Shown here: piece by piece, positions 47,501 through 56,363 of the stretch | How the letters are laid out: the number at the start of each line of letters is the position of its first letter | Numbering within the stretch: position 1 is the stretch's first letter | DNA from: an uncultured Actinomycetota bacterium | GTDB lineage: Bacteria > Actinomycetota > Actinomycetes > Propionibacteriales > Nocardioidaceae | Length of the DNA stretch: 64,000 nt | Assembly (NCBI GenBank): GCA_963706475.1 | Contig: CAVPLV010000001.1 | Coordinates: 145,129 to 209,128, forward strand | Reading direction: 5' to 3' | The notes under the pieces: model-generated | Told to the model about the DNA's origin: nothing | Database searches by the model: none | Seen by the model: the letters and a program-made list of their open reading frames with translations, nothing else | Translations under genes and position numbers: made by a program

Positions 47501-47791
47501 CGCACCCAGGACCGTGGCGAGTGCGACCCCGTGCTTGCAGTCGACCCGCACCGGGCAGGAGCACGTGGTGGTCATCCAGAACTGGTCCTGGACGTACTCG
47601 GCGTAGAGGTGCACCGCGTAGGGGACGGTCCCGGACACCATCGCGTTCGCGATCACCGTGTCGGTGGTGAGCTTGGCCAGCTCGGGCTCCCCGACGCGTC
47701 CGGCGCGGGCGTACTCGAAGCCGCGGGCGAGGGTGCCCGCGTCGAAGAACTCGGCGATCACGCCGGGTGTCAGGGCGGCCAGGAGGGTCAT
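44588..47791 (-). CDS. SWIM zinc finger / SNF2-family helicase
   Basis: CSCP..CKH SWIM motif; LADDMGLGKT, DEAQ, TGTPFEN, SLKAGGVGLTL, QAVDRAHRIGQ. Confidence 0.95.
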   Translation of the reverse strand: MTLLAALTPGVIAEFFDAGTLARGFEYARAGRVGEPELAKLTTDTVIANAMVSGTVPYAVHLYAEYVQDQFWMTTTCSCPVRVDCKHGVALATVLGAPHGAPLPRTVTQAPVWQQRLGGLLDDLAVAEARLDGAGSPVPLGLELGLDDLRYRFAYRADRSPVLVLRPLRLGARGGWVKTGADWSSLGSASTRASFPAAQLDSALDLLAALQSTQPHWRQGTGAVELAGFGPRLVPLLRRAVEAGVTLLPGNDVTAVELLPVAVEVVCDVTRAADGHHVVRLGVDHDDRLWHGAEVLPVGSPAHAVALLADGTLSLAQTASLLPSRLLELVTSDAGIAVPADASDGLVDLLRPLSRMVVLTSSDDSMSLPDPVRPVLRLTVSWRSSTDARLGWSWRYADQTCALGSRDLLGGLRDRTAEREIGAQVPAELLTTTRAVAGDALTLAIHDLPSLGGLDGIEVVEEQRPDFRESTATPEIGFEVVPSEDRPEERHTDWLDLEVTVSVEGERVPLPDVLAALTTGADHLVLPSGLYLRTDLPELERLRDAVRAAGELHEADGDRVSVGRHDLGVWAQLAELGVVDEQAGEWVRRARALRDLVDLPRPEPAGVLTEMRPYQRDGFHWLAFLWEHQLGGILADDMGLGKTLQVLALVSHAVASGEAHPFLVVAPTSVVTAWQSEAARHTPHLRVRTVTRKADDVAAIATDADVVVTTYALLRLAEQRYAGVEWGGLVLDEAQQVKNHRSKTYGAVRQVTAPFRLAVTGTPFENRLMELWSLLSIVTPGIYPWPQEFARHVARPVEKASDEGALQRFRQRIRPFMLRRTKELVARDLPAKQEQVLPVVLSPRHRRIYDAHLAKERQRILGLVADFEQNRIAIFAALTKLRQLALDPALVDVAHDHVGSAKIDLLVEHLLEITAEGHQALVFSQFTSFLTRVEARLQEEGIASSYLDGSTRDRAAVIARFRSGATPAFLISLKAGGVGLTLTEADYVFVLDPWWNPATEAQAVDRAHRIGQTRPVHVYRLIAEETIEEKVMELKGRKAELFAQVVDGEGASASGITAADIRTLFER

Positions 47792-47850
47792 GGTCCGGAC
47801 ATGGTGTCAGGGGACACCGGCGCCGTGCGAGGCCATCCACAGGTACGGCG

Positions 47851-48426
47851 CTACCCCCGCTCGCCGCCCGGCACCCACAGCACGTCGCCGTCAGCACGGT
47901 TGGCGTAGCGGGCCAGGATGAACAACAGGTCGGAGAGTCGGTTCAGGTAGGTGATCGCGAGCGGGTTCATCGTCGCCGCGTGGACCTCGTGGGCCGCCCA
48001 GGCCGACCGCTCCGCCCGTCGTACGACGGTGCGCGCGACATGCAGCAGGGCGCCGCCATGGGTGCCGCCGTTGAGGATGAAGGAGCGCAGCGCAGGCAGG
48101 GTCTCGTTGTAGTGGTCGCACCAGCCCTCGAGCCGGTCGACGTAGTCCTGCTCGATCCGCAGCGGCGGATACTCCGGATCCGAGACCACCGGGGTGCAGA
48201 AGTCGGCGCCGACGTCGAAGAGGTCGTTCTGGACCCGGGTCAGCACGGCGACGACGTCGTCGTCGAGGCCGCCCTGGGTGAGCGCGAGACCGAGGTGCGC
48301 GTTGGCCTCGTCGACGTCGGCGTAGGCCTGGAGCCGCAGGTCGGTCTTCGTCGTCAGGCTCATGTCGCCGAGCCGCGTCTCGCCGGCGTCGCCGGTGCGC
48401 GTGTAGATCCGGGTGAGGTTGACCAT
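47851..48426 (-). CDS. pduO: Cob(I)yrinic acid a,c-diamide adenosyltransferase, PduO type
   Basis: IYTRTGDAGET, VDEAN, QNDLFD, ARTVVRRAER, YLNRLSDLLF. Confidence 0.95.
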   Translation of the reverse strand: MVNLTRIYTRTGDAGETRLGDMSLTTKTDLRLQAYADVDEANAHLGLALTQGGLDDDVVAVLTRVQNDLFDVGADFCTPVVSDPEYPPLRIEQDYVDRLEGWCDHYNETLPALRSFILNGGTHGGALLHVARTVVRRAERSAWAAHEVHAATMNPLAITYLNRLSDLLFILARYANRADGDVLWVPGGERG

Positions 48427-48470
48427 GGCCCCGAGGGTAGCGACGTGCCGTCGGGTCTGGCGCTCGTCAA

Positions 48471-48492
48471 CTGGTCTGGACGACCAGACCAG
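48471..48492. promoter_or_regulatory. Perfect 9-bp inverted repeat in the pduO/STAS divergent region
   Basis: ctggtctgg-acga-ccagaccag. Confidence 0.4.
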
Positions 48493-48581
48493 CAGGGGTC
48501 CTGGTTGAAAAAGAAGTGACCGACACGCAGAACTGGTCGATCATATGAGGCAACCCCAGGGCTCTCCGCAGCGTCATAGTG

Positions 48582-48597
48582 GGTGATACGCATCACT
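48582..48597. promoter_or_regulatory. Crp-like site upstream of the STAS gene
   Basis: gGTGA-tacgca-TCACt. Confidence 0.5.
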
Positions 48598-48643
48598 CAA
48601 CGGGGGACAACCGGCCGCTGGTGGCTGGAGAACGGAGCAGGTG

Positions 48644-48952
48644 ATGGACATCGTGTTCGATGGCCCGACACTCCTACTCGCCGGCGACTTCGACGTGCGC
48701 AGCACGATGGAGGTCCGCAACGCCATCTACGAGCACCTGAGCCGTCACGACGGGGACGTCGTCATCGACCTGACCGGAGTCACCACCGTCGACATGACCG
48801 CGCTCAAGGTCCTTGCTTTCGCCACCCGGGTCGCGAGCCGCGAGGGTCACCACCTCACCCTGCGTGGCTGCGGGCCCTCGGTGCGCCGGATGTTGCACCT
48901 GACCCGGCTGATCCGGGTCGTCGAGGTCGAGCGGACCGCCGCGACCGCGTGA
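48644..48952 (+). CDS. STAS domain protein (anti-sigma factor antagonist-like)
   Basis: LLLAGDFD, VVIDLTGVTTVDMTALKVL, VRRMLHLTRL. Confidence 0.88.
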   Translation: MDIVFDGPTLLLAGDFDVRSTMEVRNAIYEHLSRHDGDVVIDLTGVTTVDMTALKVLAFATRVASREGHHLTLRGCGPSVRRMLHLTRLIRVVEVERTAATA

Positions 48953-49021
48953 GCCCGGGTGTCGGATAACCCACACGTGAAGGCGGTTACCAAGAAGTAG
49001 CCGGCGGCCTACTCTCGGTCC

Positions 49022-51016
49022 ATGCAGAAGGACCGCCCCTGGGTGATGCGCACGTACTCGGGCCACTCCACGGCCGCCGCGTCGAACGCGCTCTACCGCA
49101 CCAACCTGGCCAAGGGTCAGACCGGCCTCTCCGTCGCTTTCGACCTCCCGACGCAGACCGGCTACGACCCGGACTCGCCGCTGGCGCGCGGCGAGGTGGG
49201 CAAGGTCGGCGTACCCGTCCCTCACCTCGGCGAGATGCGGCGACTCTTCGAGGACATCCCGCTGACCGGCATGAACACCTCGATGACGATCAACGCGACC
49301 GCGATGTGGCTGCTCGCGATGTACCAGGTGGTCGCCGAGGAGCAGAACCCCGACTCCTCGCCGGAGGAGGTCGCCGCCCAGCTCGCCGGCACCACCCAGA
49401 ACGACATCATCAAGGAGTACCTCTCCCGCGGGACCTACGCGTTCCCGCCCGAGGCGTCGATGCGGCTGATCGCCGACCTGATCGCCTACACGGTCCACGA
49501 GATCCCGAAGTGGAACCCGATCAACATCTGCAGCTACCACCTGCAGGAGGCCGGCGCGACTCCGACCCAGGAGCTCGCCTACGCGCTGTGCACGGCGATC
49601 GCGGTCCTCGACACGGTCAGGGCCTCCGGCCAGGTGTCCGAGGACGACTTCGAGAAGGTCGTCGGCCGGATCTCGTTCTTCGTCAACGCGGGTGTCCGGT
49701 TCATCGAGGAGACGTGCAAGATGCGCGCCTTCGTCGAGCTGTGGGACGAGATCACTCGGGAGCGCTACGGTGTCGAGGACCCCAAGATGCGCCGGTTCCG
49801 GTACGGCGTGCAGGTCAACTCGCTCGGCCTGACCGAGGCCCAGCCGGAGAACAACGTCCAGCGGATCGTGCTCGAGATGCTCGGCGTGACACTGTCGAAG
49901 GACGCCCGCGCCCGCGCCGTGCAGCTCCCGGCCTGGAACGAGGCGCTCGGCCTGCCGCGGCCGTGGGACCAGCAGTGGTCGCTGCGACTCCAGCAGGTGC
50001 TGGCCTTCGAGTCCGACCTGCTGGAGTACGACGACATCTTCCGCGGCTCGCACGTCATCGAGGCGAAGGTGGCCGAGCTGGTCGCCGGCGCGAAGGCCGA
50101 GATCGACCGGGTGCAGGCGCTCGGCGGCGCGATCGAGGCCGTCGAGTACATGAAGTCCGAGCTGGTGTCCTCGCACGCCACCCGTCGCGCCCGGATCGAG
50201 TCGGGCGCGGAGAAGATCGTGGGCGTCAACATCTACGAGACGACCGCGCCGTCGCCGCTGACGGCGGACCTGGACGGCGCCATCATGGCGGCCGACCCGC
50301 TGGCCGAGAAGACCGCGCTGGCCAGCGTCGAGGAGTGGAAGGGGCGTCGCGACGAGGTCGAGGTGACCGAGGCCCTGGCGGCGCTCGCGGTCGCTGCGAA
50401 GTCCGACACGAACCTGATGGGCCCGACCCTGGTCGCGGCCCGCGCCGGTGCGACGACGGGGGAGTGGGCCGGCACCCTGCGCGAGGTCTTCGGCGAGTAC
50501 CGCGGTCCGACCGGGGTCAGCGGCGCCGTCGGCCTCGGTGCCGCCGACGCCGGTTCGGAGCTCACCGCGGTCCGCGAGCGGGTCCGTGCGACCGGTGCCG
50601 AGCTGGGCGGCCGGTTGCGGCTGCTCGTCGGGAAGCCCGGGCTCGACGGGCACTCGAACGGCGCCGAGCAGGTCGCCGTACGCGCTCGTGATGCCGGCTT
50701 CGAGGTCATCTACCAGGGCATCCGGCTGACCCCGGAGCAGATCGTGGCGGCCGCGATCGCCGAGGACGTCCACTGCGTCGGGCTCTCGATCCTCTCCGGC
50801 TCCCACATGGAGCTGGTGCCCGACGTGCTCGACGGTCTCCGCGCCGCCGGCCTTGGGGACCTGCCGGTGATCGTCGGCGGGATCATCCCGGACTCCGACG
50901 GCCGCCGGCTCCGCGAGCTGGGGGTGGCTGCGGTCTACACGCCCAAGGACTTCGGGCTCACCGAGATCATGGGTGGGATCGTCGACGTCATCCGGCGCGC
51001 CAACGAGCTGGACTGA
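49022..51016 (+). CDS. meaA: B12-dependent mutase MeaA (ethylmalonyl-CoA mutase)
   Basis: KDRPWVMRTYSGHS, GQTGLSVAFDLPTQTGYD, RARAVQLPAWNEALGLPRPWDQQWSLR, B12-binding GLDGHSNG..SILSGSH. Confidence 0.93.
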   Translation: MQKDRPWVMRTYSGHSTAAASNALYRTNLAKGQTGLSVAFDLPTQTGYDPDSPLARGEVGKVGVPVPHLGEMRRLFEDIPLTGMNTSMTINATAMWLLAMYQVVAEEQNPDSSPEEVAAQLAGTTQNDIIKEYLSRGTYAFPPEASMRLIADLIAYTVHEIPKWNPINICSYHLQEAGATPTQELAYALCTAIAVLDTVRASGQVSEDDFEKVVGRISFFVNAGVRFIEETCKMRAFVELWDEITRERYGVEDPKMRRFRYGVQVNSLGLTEAQPENNVQRIVLEMLGVTLSKDARARAVQLPAWNEALGLPRPWDQQWSLRLQQVLAFESDLLEYDDIFRGSHVIEAKVAELVAGAKAEIDRVQALGGAIEAVEYMKSELVSSHATRRARIESGAEKIVGVNIYETTAPSPLTADLDGAIMAADPLAEKTALASVEEWKGRRDEVEVTEALAALAVAAKSDTNLMGPTLVAARAGATTGEWAGTLREVFGEYRGPTGVSGAVGLGAADAGSELTAVRERVRATGAELGGRLRLLVGKPGLDGHSNGAEQVAVRARDAGFEVIYQGIRLTPEQIVAAAIAEDVHCVGLSILSGSHMELVPDVLDGLRAAGLGDLPVIVGGIIPDSDGRRLRELGVAAVYTPKDFGLTEIMGGIVDVIRRANELD

Positions 51017-51017
51017 C

Positions 51018-51623
51018 GTGCACGTCCTGGTCGCACGTCACGGCGAGGCGGCGTACGAGACCGATCTCTGCACCGACGACGGCGGCAGCCTGACCGGGCT
51101 CGGGCGGCAGCAGTCCCGTGACCTGGCGGAACGTCTCCAGGGTGAGCGGATCTCGCGGGTCTGGTCGAGCTCGCTGTCCCGCGCCGTCCAGACCGCCGAG
51201 ATCGTGGCGGCCGCGCTCGGGGTCGAGGTCGACGTCCGCGAGGGCTTGCGCGAGTACGGCGTCGGCTCGCTGGCCGGGACCGACGGCGATGAGGCTGCCG
51301 TCATCCTGCCGGTGGTGCAGGCGTGGATCGAGGGTGACGACGACGCGACCATCCCCGGGGGTGAGACCATCTCGGGCATCGTGGCCCGGGTCCAGGCGGT
51401 CCTCGAGGAGGCCGTCGAGGCGCACCCCGGTGAGGCAGCCGTCCTGGTGGTCACCCACGGCGGCGCGATGATGGCCACCCTGCCCCAGCTCGTCGGACTG
51501 CCCCGAGGCTCTGCTCTCGGCGTCTCGATCCCGAACTGTGCCGTCATCGGGCTGGAGAAGGACGCCGACGGCTGGCGCCTGGTCAGCGGGTCACTCGGCC
51601 CGGCGCTGCGACCCTCCAGCTGA
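51018..51623 (+). CDS. Histidine phosphatase family protein
   Basis: VARHGE, SSLSRAVQTA, LRE, VVTHG. Confidence 0.9.
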   Translation: MHVLVARHGEAAYETDLCTDDGGSLTGLGRQQSRDLAERLQGERISRVWSSSLSRAVQTAEIVAAALGVEVDVREGLREYGVGSLAGTDGDEAAVILPVVQAWIEGDDDATIPGGETISGIVARVQAVLEEAVEAHPGEAAVLVVTHGGAMMATLPQLVGLPRGSALGVSIPNCAVIGLEKDADGWRLVSGSLGPALRPSS

Positions 51624-51660
51624 CCCGACCTCGTCCGCGGATCTGTCGGCCAGAACGCGC

Positions 51661-51679
51661 GAAGGTTAGGCTTCCCTAA
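51661..51679. promoter_or_regulatory. IdeR/DtxR iron box
   Basis: GAAGGTTAGGCTTCCCTAA vs consensus TWAGGTWAGSCTWACCTWA (2 mismatches); overlaps the -35 zone of an extended -10 TGcTACCGT (51688-51696). Confidence 0.8.
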
Positions 51680-51703
51680 AAATCATCTGCTACCGTTCCG
51701 GTC

Positions 51704-51886
51704 GTGCCCAAGTCCGCCAAGCCTCCGAAGATCGAGTGCTGCGTCTCCAAGTCGAAGTGCGGCCGCTGCCCGCTGAAGATGCTGAAGGAGGGCACCCTGC
51801 CGACGGGCTACACCGTCAAGAAGCGCAAGCTGGTGCGTCTCGACGGCAAGAAGGTCACCAAGAAGAAGCTCGCCAAGGCCGCTTGA
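51704..51886 (+). CDS. Small basic Cys-rich protein (CC-x5-C-x2-CP), leaderless
   Basis: MPKSAKPPKIECCVSKSKCGRCPLKMLKEG...KKLAKAA; nearly all codons end in G/C; -10 lies 7 nt before the GTG. Confidence 0.78.
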   Translation: MPKSAKPPKIECCVSKSKCGRCPLKMLKEGTLPTGYTVKKRKLVRLDGKKVTKKKLAKAA

Positions 51887-51969
51887 GGCCAGCCTCTCCT
51901 TGGCGGATCGGCCCGGCGGATCCTGCCATGATGGACGTGACCGACCAGGACCGATCGAGGAGTGCCCCC

Positions 51970-52500
51970 GTGGCCGCAGTCCGCTTCACCGACCAGCTGA
52001 ACGTCCAGATCGGCAACGAGCTGGCCGCTCACAACCAGTACCTCGCGTGTGCGGTCTACTACGACGCGCTCACCATGCCCCGGATGGCGGCGTTCTTCTA
52101 CGCCCAGGCCCTCGAGGAGCGCGGCCACGCCGCGATGATGATCCAGTACCTCCTCGACACCGACGCCGTCGTGGAGATCCCCGCGGTCGACGCGCCGGTC
52201 AACGTCTTCGCAGACGTCGTCGCTCCGGTCGCTCTCGCGCTCGCGCAGGAGAAGCGGGTCACCGACCAGATCAACGGCCTGCTCCGGATCGCCCGCGAGG
52301 AGTTCGACTTCGCCTCCGAGCAGTTCATGCAGTGGTTCATCAAGGAGCAGGTCGAGGAGGTCGCCACCATGAGCGACCTGCTGGCCGTGGTGAAGCGCAA
52401 CCTCGACGACGTCGAGGACATCGAGGAGTACGTCGCGCGGGAGCAAGGTGGCGGCGAGGCGGACCCGATGGCACCGCGTGAAGCCGGCGCCGGCGCCTAG
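51970..52500 (+). CDS. ftn: Non-heme ferritin
   Basis: QIGNELAAHNQY, QALEERGHA, QEKRVTDQI, FMQWFIKEQVEEVA ferroxidase residues; RBS gagga. Confidence 0.93.
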   Translation: MAAVRFTDQLNVQIGNELAAHNQYLACAVYYDALTMPRMAAFFYAQALEERGHAAMMIQYLLDTDAVVEIPAVDAPVNVFADVVAPVALALAQEKRVTDQINGLLRIAREEFDFASEQFMQWFIKEQVEEVATMSDLLAVVKRNLDDVEDIEEYVAREQGGGEADPMAPREAGAGA

Positions 52501-52515
52501 GCACAGGCTCCCGCG

Positions 52516-53418
52516 ATGCAGCGGGTGATCGTGGTCGGGGCCGGCGTGATCGGCCTGACCTGCGCTGTCCGCCTGCTCGAGGCCGGGCACCGGGTCGACG
52601 TCGTCGCCCGCGACCTGCCGCTCGAGACGACCTCGTCGGTGGCCGCCGCGCTCTGGTACCCCTACCGGGCGCTCCCGCAGGACAAGGTGACCGGGTGGGC
52701 GCGGACGACGTACGCCGACCTCGAGACCCTGGCCGCCGACCCCGAGTCAGGGGTGCGGATGGTGCCAGGCACCGAGGTCTTCGCCAGCCCGGCTCGGGAC
52801 CCGTGGTGGCTGCCGGCGGTCCCGGCCCTGGACCGGGCCTCCGACCTGCCCGACGGCTACCGCGACGGGTGGAGCTTCACGACTCCGGTCGCAGACATGC
52901 GCGTCTACCTCGGCTGGCTCGCCGGTCGGGTCGCCGACCTCGGCGGCACCATCACCCGGCTCAACCTGTCCGCGCTGCCGGTGGGGGCCGGACCGGTGGT
53001 CAACTGCGCAGGTCTGGGCTCGCGCCTGCTCGGAGCAGACCGCAGCGTGACACCGGTGCAGGGGCAGGTGGTGTACGTCGAGCAGGTCGGTCTCGGGCGG
53101 TGGTGGCTCGACAGCTCGGGCCCGACGTACGTCGTGCCGCGCGAGCACGACATCGTCGTCGGTGGCACCGACGTCGAGGGGGAGTGGAGCCGCACCCCGT
53201 CACCCGAGGTCGCGGCCGCGATCCTGGCGCGGGCCACCCGGCTGGCGCCGGAGCTGCGGGACGCGCGGGTGCTGCGGCACAAGGTCGGCCTGCGTCCGGC
53301 GCGACCGGCGGTGCGGCTGGAGCGGGTGGGCGAGCTCGTCCACTGCTACGGCCACGGGGGAGCCGGCGTGACCCTGAGCTGGGGCTGCGCTGCCGACGTG
53401 GTCTCGCTGCTCAGCTGA
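52516..53418 (+). CDS. D-amino acid oxidase family FAD oxidoreductase
   Basis: VVGAGVIGLT, TTSSVAAALWYP, VGLRPAR, HCYGHGGAGVTLSWGCA. Confidence 0.9.
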   Translation: MQRVIVVGAGVIGLTCAVRLLEAGHRVDVVARDLPLETTSSVAAALWYPYRALPQDKVTGWARTTYADLETLAADPESGVRMVPGTEVFASPARDPWWLPAVPALDRASDLPDGYRDGWSFTTPVADMRVYLGWLAGRVADLGGTITRLNLSALPVGAGPVVNCAGLGSRLLGADRSVTPVQGQVVYVEQVGLGRWWLDSSGPTYVVPREHDIVVGGTDVEGEWSRTPSPEVAAAILARATRLAPELRDARVLRHKVGLRPARPAVRLERVGELVHCYGHGGAGVTLSWGCAADVVSLLS

Positions 53419-53728
53419 GCGGCTCGACCCCGACCACGGCGCCCGGGCTCAGTGGCCCGTAGATGTGCGGGAAGGTCTCGGTGAGCCCCGGCGTCGGCGG
53501 CTCCTCGACCAGAGGTACGTCGAGAAGGTCGGTCTCGATCTCCAGCAGCACCAGCGGCTCGGTGACCTCGGCGTAGAAGGCCTCCCGCACGCCTTCCCAC
53601 TGGTAGGACCGGCTGGCGTGGATGAAACCCTCCTCCTCGAGGCTGACGCCGAGGGTCGAGGTGGTGTAGCTGCCGGACTCCTGGGCAGCCTGCCAGTCGG
53701 CGACCGTCGCGATGTGGAAGATGCGCAT
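53411..53728 (-). CDS. DUF952 family protein
   Basis: IFHIATVADW, EGFIHAS, FPHIYGPL. Confidence 0.9.
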   Translation of the reverse strand: MRIFHIATVADWQAAQESGSYTTSTLGVSLEEEGFIHASRSYQWEGVREAFYAEVTEPLVLLEIETDLLDVPLVEEPPTPGLTETFPHIYGPLSPGAVVGVEPLS

Positions 53729-53759
53729 CCTCAGATCTTCTCCCACACCGAGGCGCGCG

Positions 53760-54443
53760 TCAGAACAGCCGGTGGCTCGGGTCGTCCAGCCCGCGCAGCG
53801 CGTCGTAGTCGACGACGGCGCAGGAGATGCTGCGGTCGGTGGCCAGCACACGTGCCTGCGGCTTGATCTCCTGGGCGGCGAAGATGCCGCGGACTGCCCC
53901 GTGGCCCGTGAGCAGCGGGTCGCGGTTGAGCAGCTCGAGGTAGCGGGTGAGCTGCTCGACGCCGTCGATGTCGCCGCGGCGCTTGATCTCGACCGCGACG
54001 CTCAGTCCGTCGGCGTCGCGGCACATCAGGTCCACCGGACCGATCGCGGTGGGGTACTCGCGGCGGACCAGTGTCAGACCTGGCGCGAGCGTGGCCGGGT
54101 GGTCCGCGAGCAGTTCCTGGAGGTGCTTCTCGACCCCGTCCTTCTGCAGCCCGGGGTCGATGCCGAGCTCGTGGACGGACTGGTGCAGCACCTCCTCGAT
54201 GAGGATCCGCAGCGTGTCGCCGCCCTTGGCGGTCACCGTCCACTCGACCTGGCCGTCGTCGGTGGTGCCTTCGCGCAGGGTGCACGGCGGTGACATCCAG
54301 TTCAGTGGCTTGTACGAGCCACCGTCGGAGTGCACCAGGACCGAGCCGTCGGCCTTGATCATCAGGACCCGGGTGGCCATCGGGAGGTGGGCGGTCAGCC
54401 GTCCGGCGTAATCGACCTGGCATCTGGCTACGACGAGTCTCAC
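53760..54443 (-). CDS. nucS: Mismatch-specific endonuclease NucS/EndoMS
   Basis: [58 protein letters not shown]. Confidence 0.97.
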   Translation of the reverse strand: MRLVVARCQVDYAGRLTAHLPMATRVLMIKADGSVLVHSDGGSYKPLNWMSPPCTLREGTTDDGQVEWTVTAKGGDTLRILIEEVLHQSVHELGIDPGLQKDGVEKHLQELLADHPATLAPGLTLVRREYPTAIGPVDLMCRDADGLSVAVEIKRRGDIDGVEQLTRYLELLNRDPLLTGHGAVRGIFAAQEIKPQARVLATDRSISCAVVDYDALRGLDDPSHRLF

Positions 54444-54537
54444 GGGCGGTGAATCTACCGTCCCGACAAACAATGAACGATCCAAGTTACCGGCGAGTGA
54501 AGTACGCCACTGCCAGGAGGGGTCCCTGCGTGCGAGC

Positions 54538-56355
54538 ATGCCGGGCATGACCTCGCCCGAGTCCCAGACTGCCGAGTCCCGCACGTTCACCACCGTCGGA
54601 GTGATCGGCCTGGGCACGATGGGTGCCGGGATCGCCGAGGTCTTCGCCCGCAAGGGGTACGCCGTCGTGGGGGTCGAGCTCAACGACGAGTCGCTCGCCC
54701 GCGGCCGGCAGTACCTCGAGCACTCCACGGGCCGGGCGGTCCAGCGCGAGAAGATGACCGCCGCCGAGCAGACCGACCTGCTGGGCCGGATCAGCTTCAC
54801 CACCTCGCTCAAGGACCTCACCGACGCCGACTTCGTGGTCGAGGCCATCGTGGAGTCGCTCGACACCAAGAAGGCGATCTTCCGCGACCTCGACGAGATC
54901 GTCTCGCCGGACGCGATCCTGGCCACCAACACCTCGTCGCTCTCGGTCACCGAGATCTCGACCGTGAACTCCCGCCCCGGCCGGGTCGTCGGCGTCCACT
55001 TCTTCAACCCGGCGCCCGTCCAGGACCTGGTCGAGATCATCCGGACCGTGGTGACCGAGGACCACGTGCTCACCGACGTGAAGGGCCTGGTCGAGCAGGT
55101 CGGCAAGAACCCCGTGGTCTGCGGGGACAAGGCCGGCTTCATCGCCAACACCCTGCTCTTCGGCTACCTCAACCATGCGGTGTCGATGTACGAGGGCCGC
55201 TACGCGACGCGCGAGGACATCGACGCGGCGATGCGCTACGGGTGCGGCTACCCGATGGGCCCGCTCGCCCTGCTCGACCTGATCGGGCTGGACACGGCGT
55301 ACGAGATCCTGGAGACGATGTACCGCCAGGGCCGCGACCGGCTGCACGCCCCGGCCCCGATCCTCAAGCAGATGGTCACTGCCGGCATGCTGGGCCGCAA
55401 GACCGGCCGCGGCTTCTACACCTACGAGGGCAACGACAGCCCCGTCGTCGTCGCCGACGACCAGACGCCGTCCGCGGACGCGAAGCCGCAGCTCCAGCAC
55501 GACATCAAGCTGGTCGGTGTGGTCGGCACCGGGACGATGGCGACCGGCATCATCGAGGTCTTCGCGAAGAGCGGGTACGACGTCCGCTACGTCGGTCGCT
55601 CGGCCGACAAGGTCGACGGGGTGGTCGCCGCGATCACGAAGAGCTTCGACAAGCAGATCCAGCGGGGCCGATCGACCGAGGAGGCCAAGGGCGAGGTGCT
55701 CGCCCGGCTCACGGGCTCCACGTCGCTCGACGACCTCCGCGACGTCGACCTGGTCGTCGAGGCGATCGCCGAGGATCTCGCGGTCAAGACGACGCTCTTC
55801 GAGAACCTCGACGAGATCTGTCGTCCGGGCGCGATCCTGGCGACCACCACGTCGAGCCTGCCGGTCATCTCGCTCGCCAAGGTGACCTCGCGGCCCCAGG
55901 ACGTCGTGGGCATGCACTTCTTCAACCCCGCACCGATCATGAAGCTCGTCGAGGTGGTCTCCACCGTCGTCACCTCCGAGGAGGTCACCGAGACCACGCG
56001 CGCCCTGTGCGCACAGGTCGGCAAGGTCGCGGTCTCGTGCGGTGACCGGGCCGGCTTCATCGTCAACGCCCTGCTGTTCCCCTACCTGAACGACGCGGTC
56101 CGGATGCTGGAGGCGCACTACGCGACCGCCGACGACATCGACCTGGCGATGAAGCAGGGCTGCTCGCTGCCGATGGGCCCCTTCGAGCTGCTCGACGTGG
56201 TCGGCAACGACGTCTCGCTGGCCATCCAGCGCGAGCTCTACCTGGAGTTCCGCGAGCCCGGATTCGCGCCGGCACCGCTGCTCGAGCACCTGGTCGCTGC
56301 CGGCTACCTGGGACGCAAGACCAAGCGCGGCTTCCGGGACTACAGCCAGCGCTGA
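54538..56355 (+). CDS. 3-hydroxyacyl(butyryl)-CoA dehydrogenase, tandem duplicated domains
   Basis: Two modules: GLGTMG..ATNTSSL..HFFNPAP..PMGP and GTGTMA..ATTTSSL..HFFNPAP..PMGP. Confidence 0.93.
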   Translation: MPGMTSPESQTAESRTFTTVGVIGLGTMGAGIAEVFARKGYAVVGVELNDESLARGRQYLEHSTGRAVQREKMTAAEQTDLLGRISFTTSLKDLTDADFVVEAIVESLDTKKAIFRDLDEIVSPDAILATNTSSLSVTEISTVNSRPGRVVGVHFFNPAPVQDLVEIIRTVVTEDHVLTDVKGLVEQVGKNPVVCGDKAGFIANTLLFGYLNHAVSMYEGRYATREDIDAAMRYGCGYPMGPLALLDLIGLDTAYEILETMYRQGRDRLHAPAPILKQMVTAGMLGRKTGRGFYTYEGNDSPVVVADDQTPSADAKPQLQHDIKLVGVVGTGTMATGIIEVFAKSGYDVRYVGRSADKVDGVVAAITKSFDKQIQRGRSTEEAKGEVLARLTGSTSLDDLRDVDLVVEAIAEDLAVKTTLFENLDEICRPGAILATTTSSLPVISLAKVTSRPQDVVGMHFFNPAPIMKLVEVVSTVVTSEEVTETTRALCAQVGKVAVSCGDRAGFIVNALLFPYLNDAVRMLEAHYATADDIDLAMKQGCSLPMGPFELLDVVGNDVSLAIQRELYLEFREPGFAPAPLLEHLVAAGYLGRKTKRGFRDYSQR

Positions 56356-56363
56356 GCCGAAGG

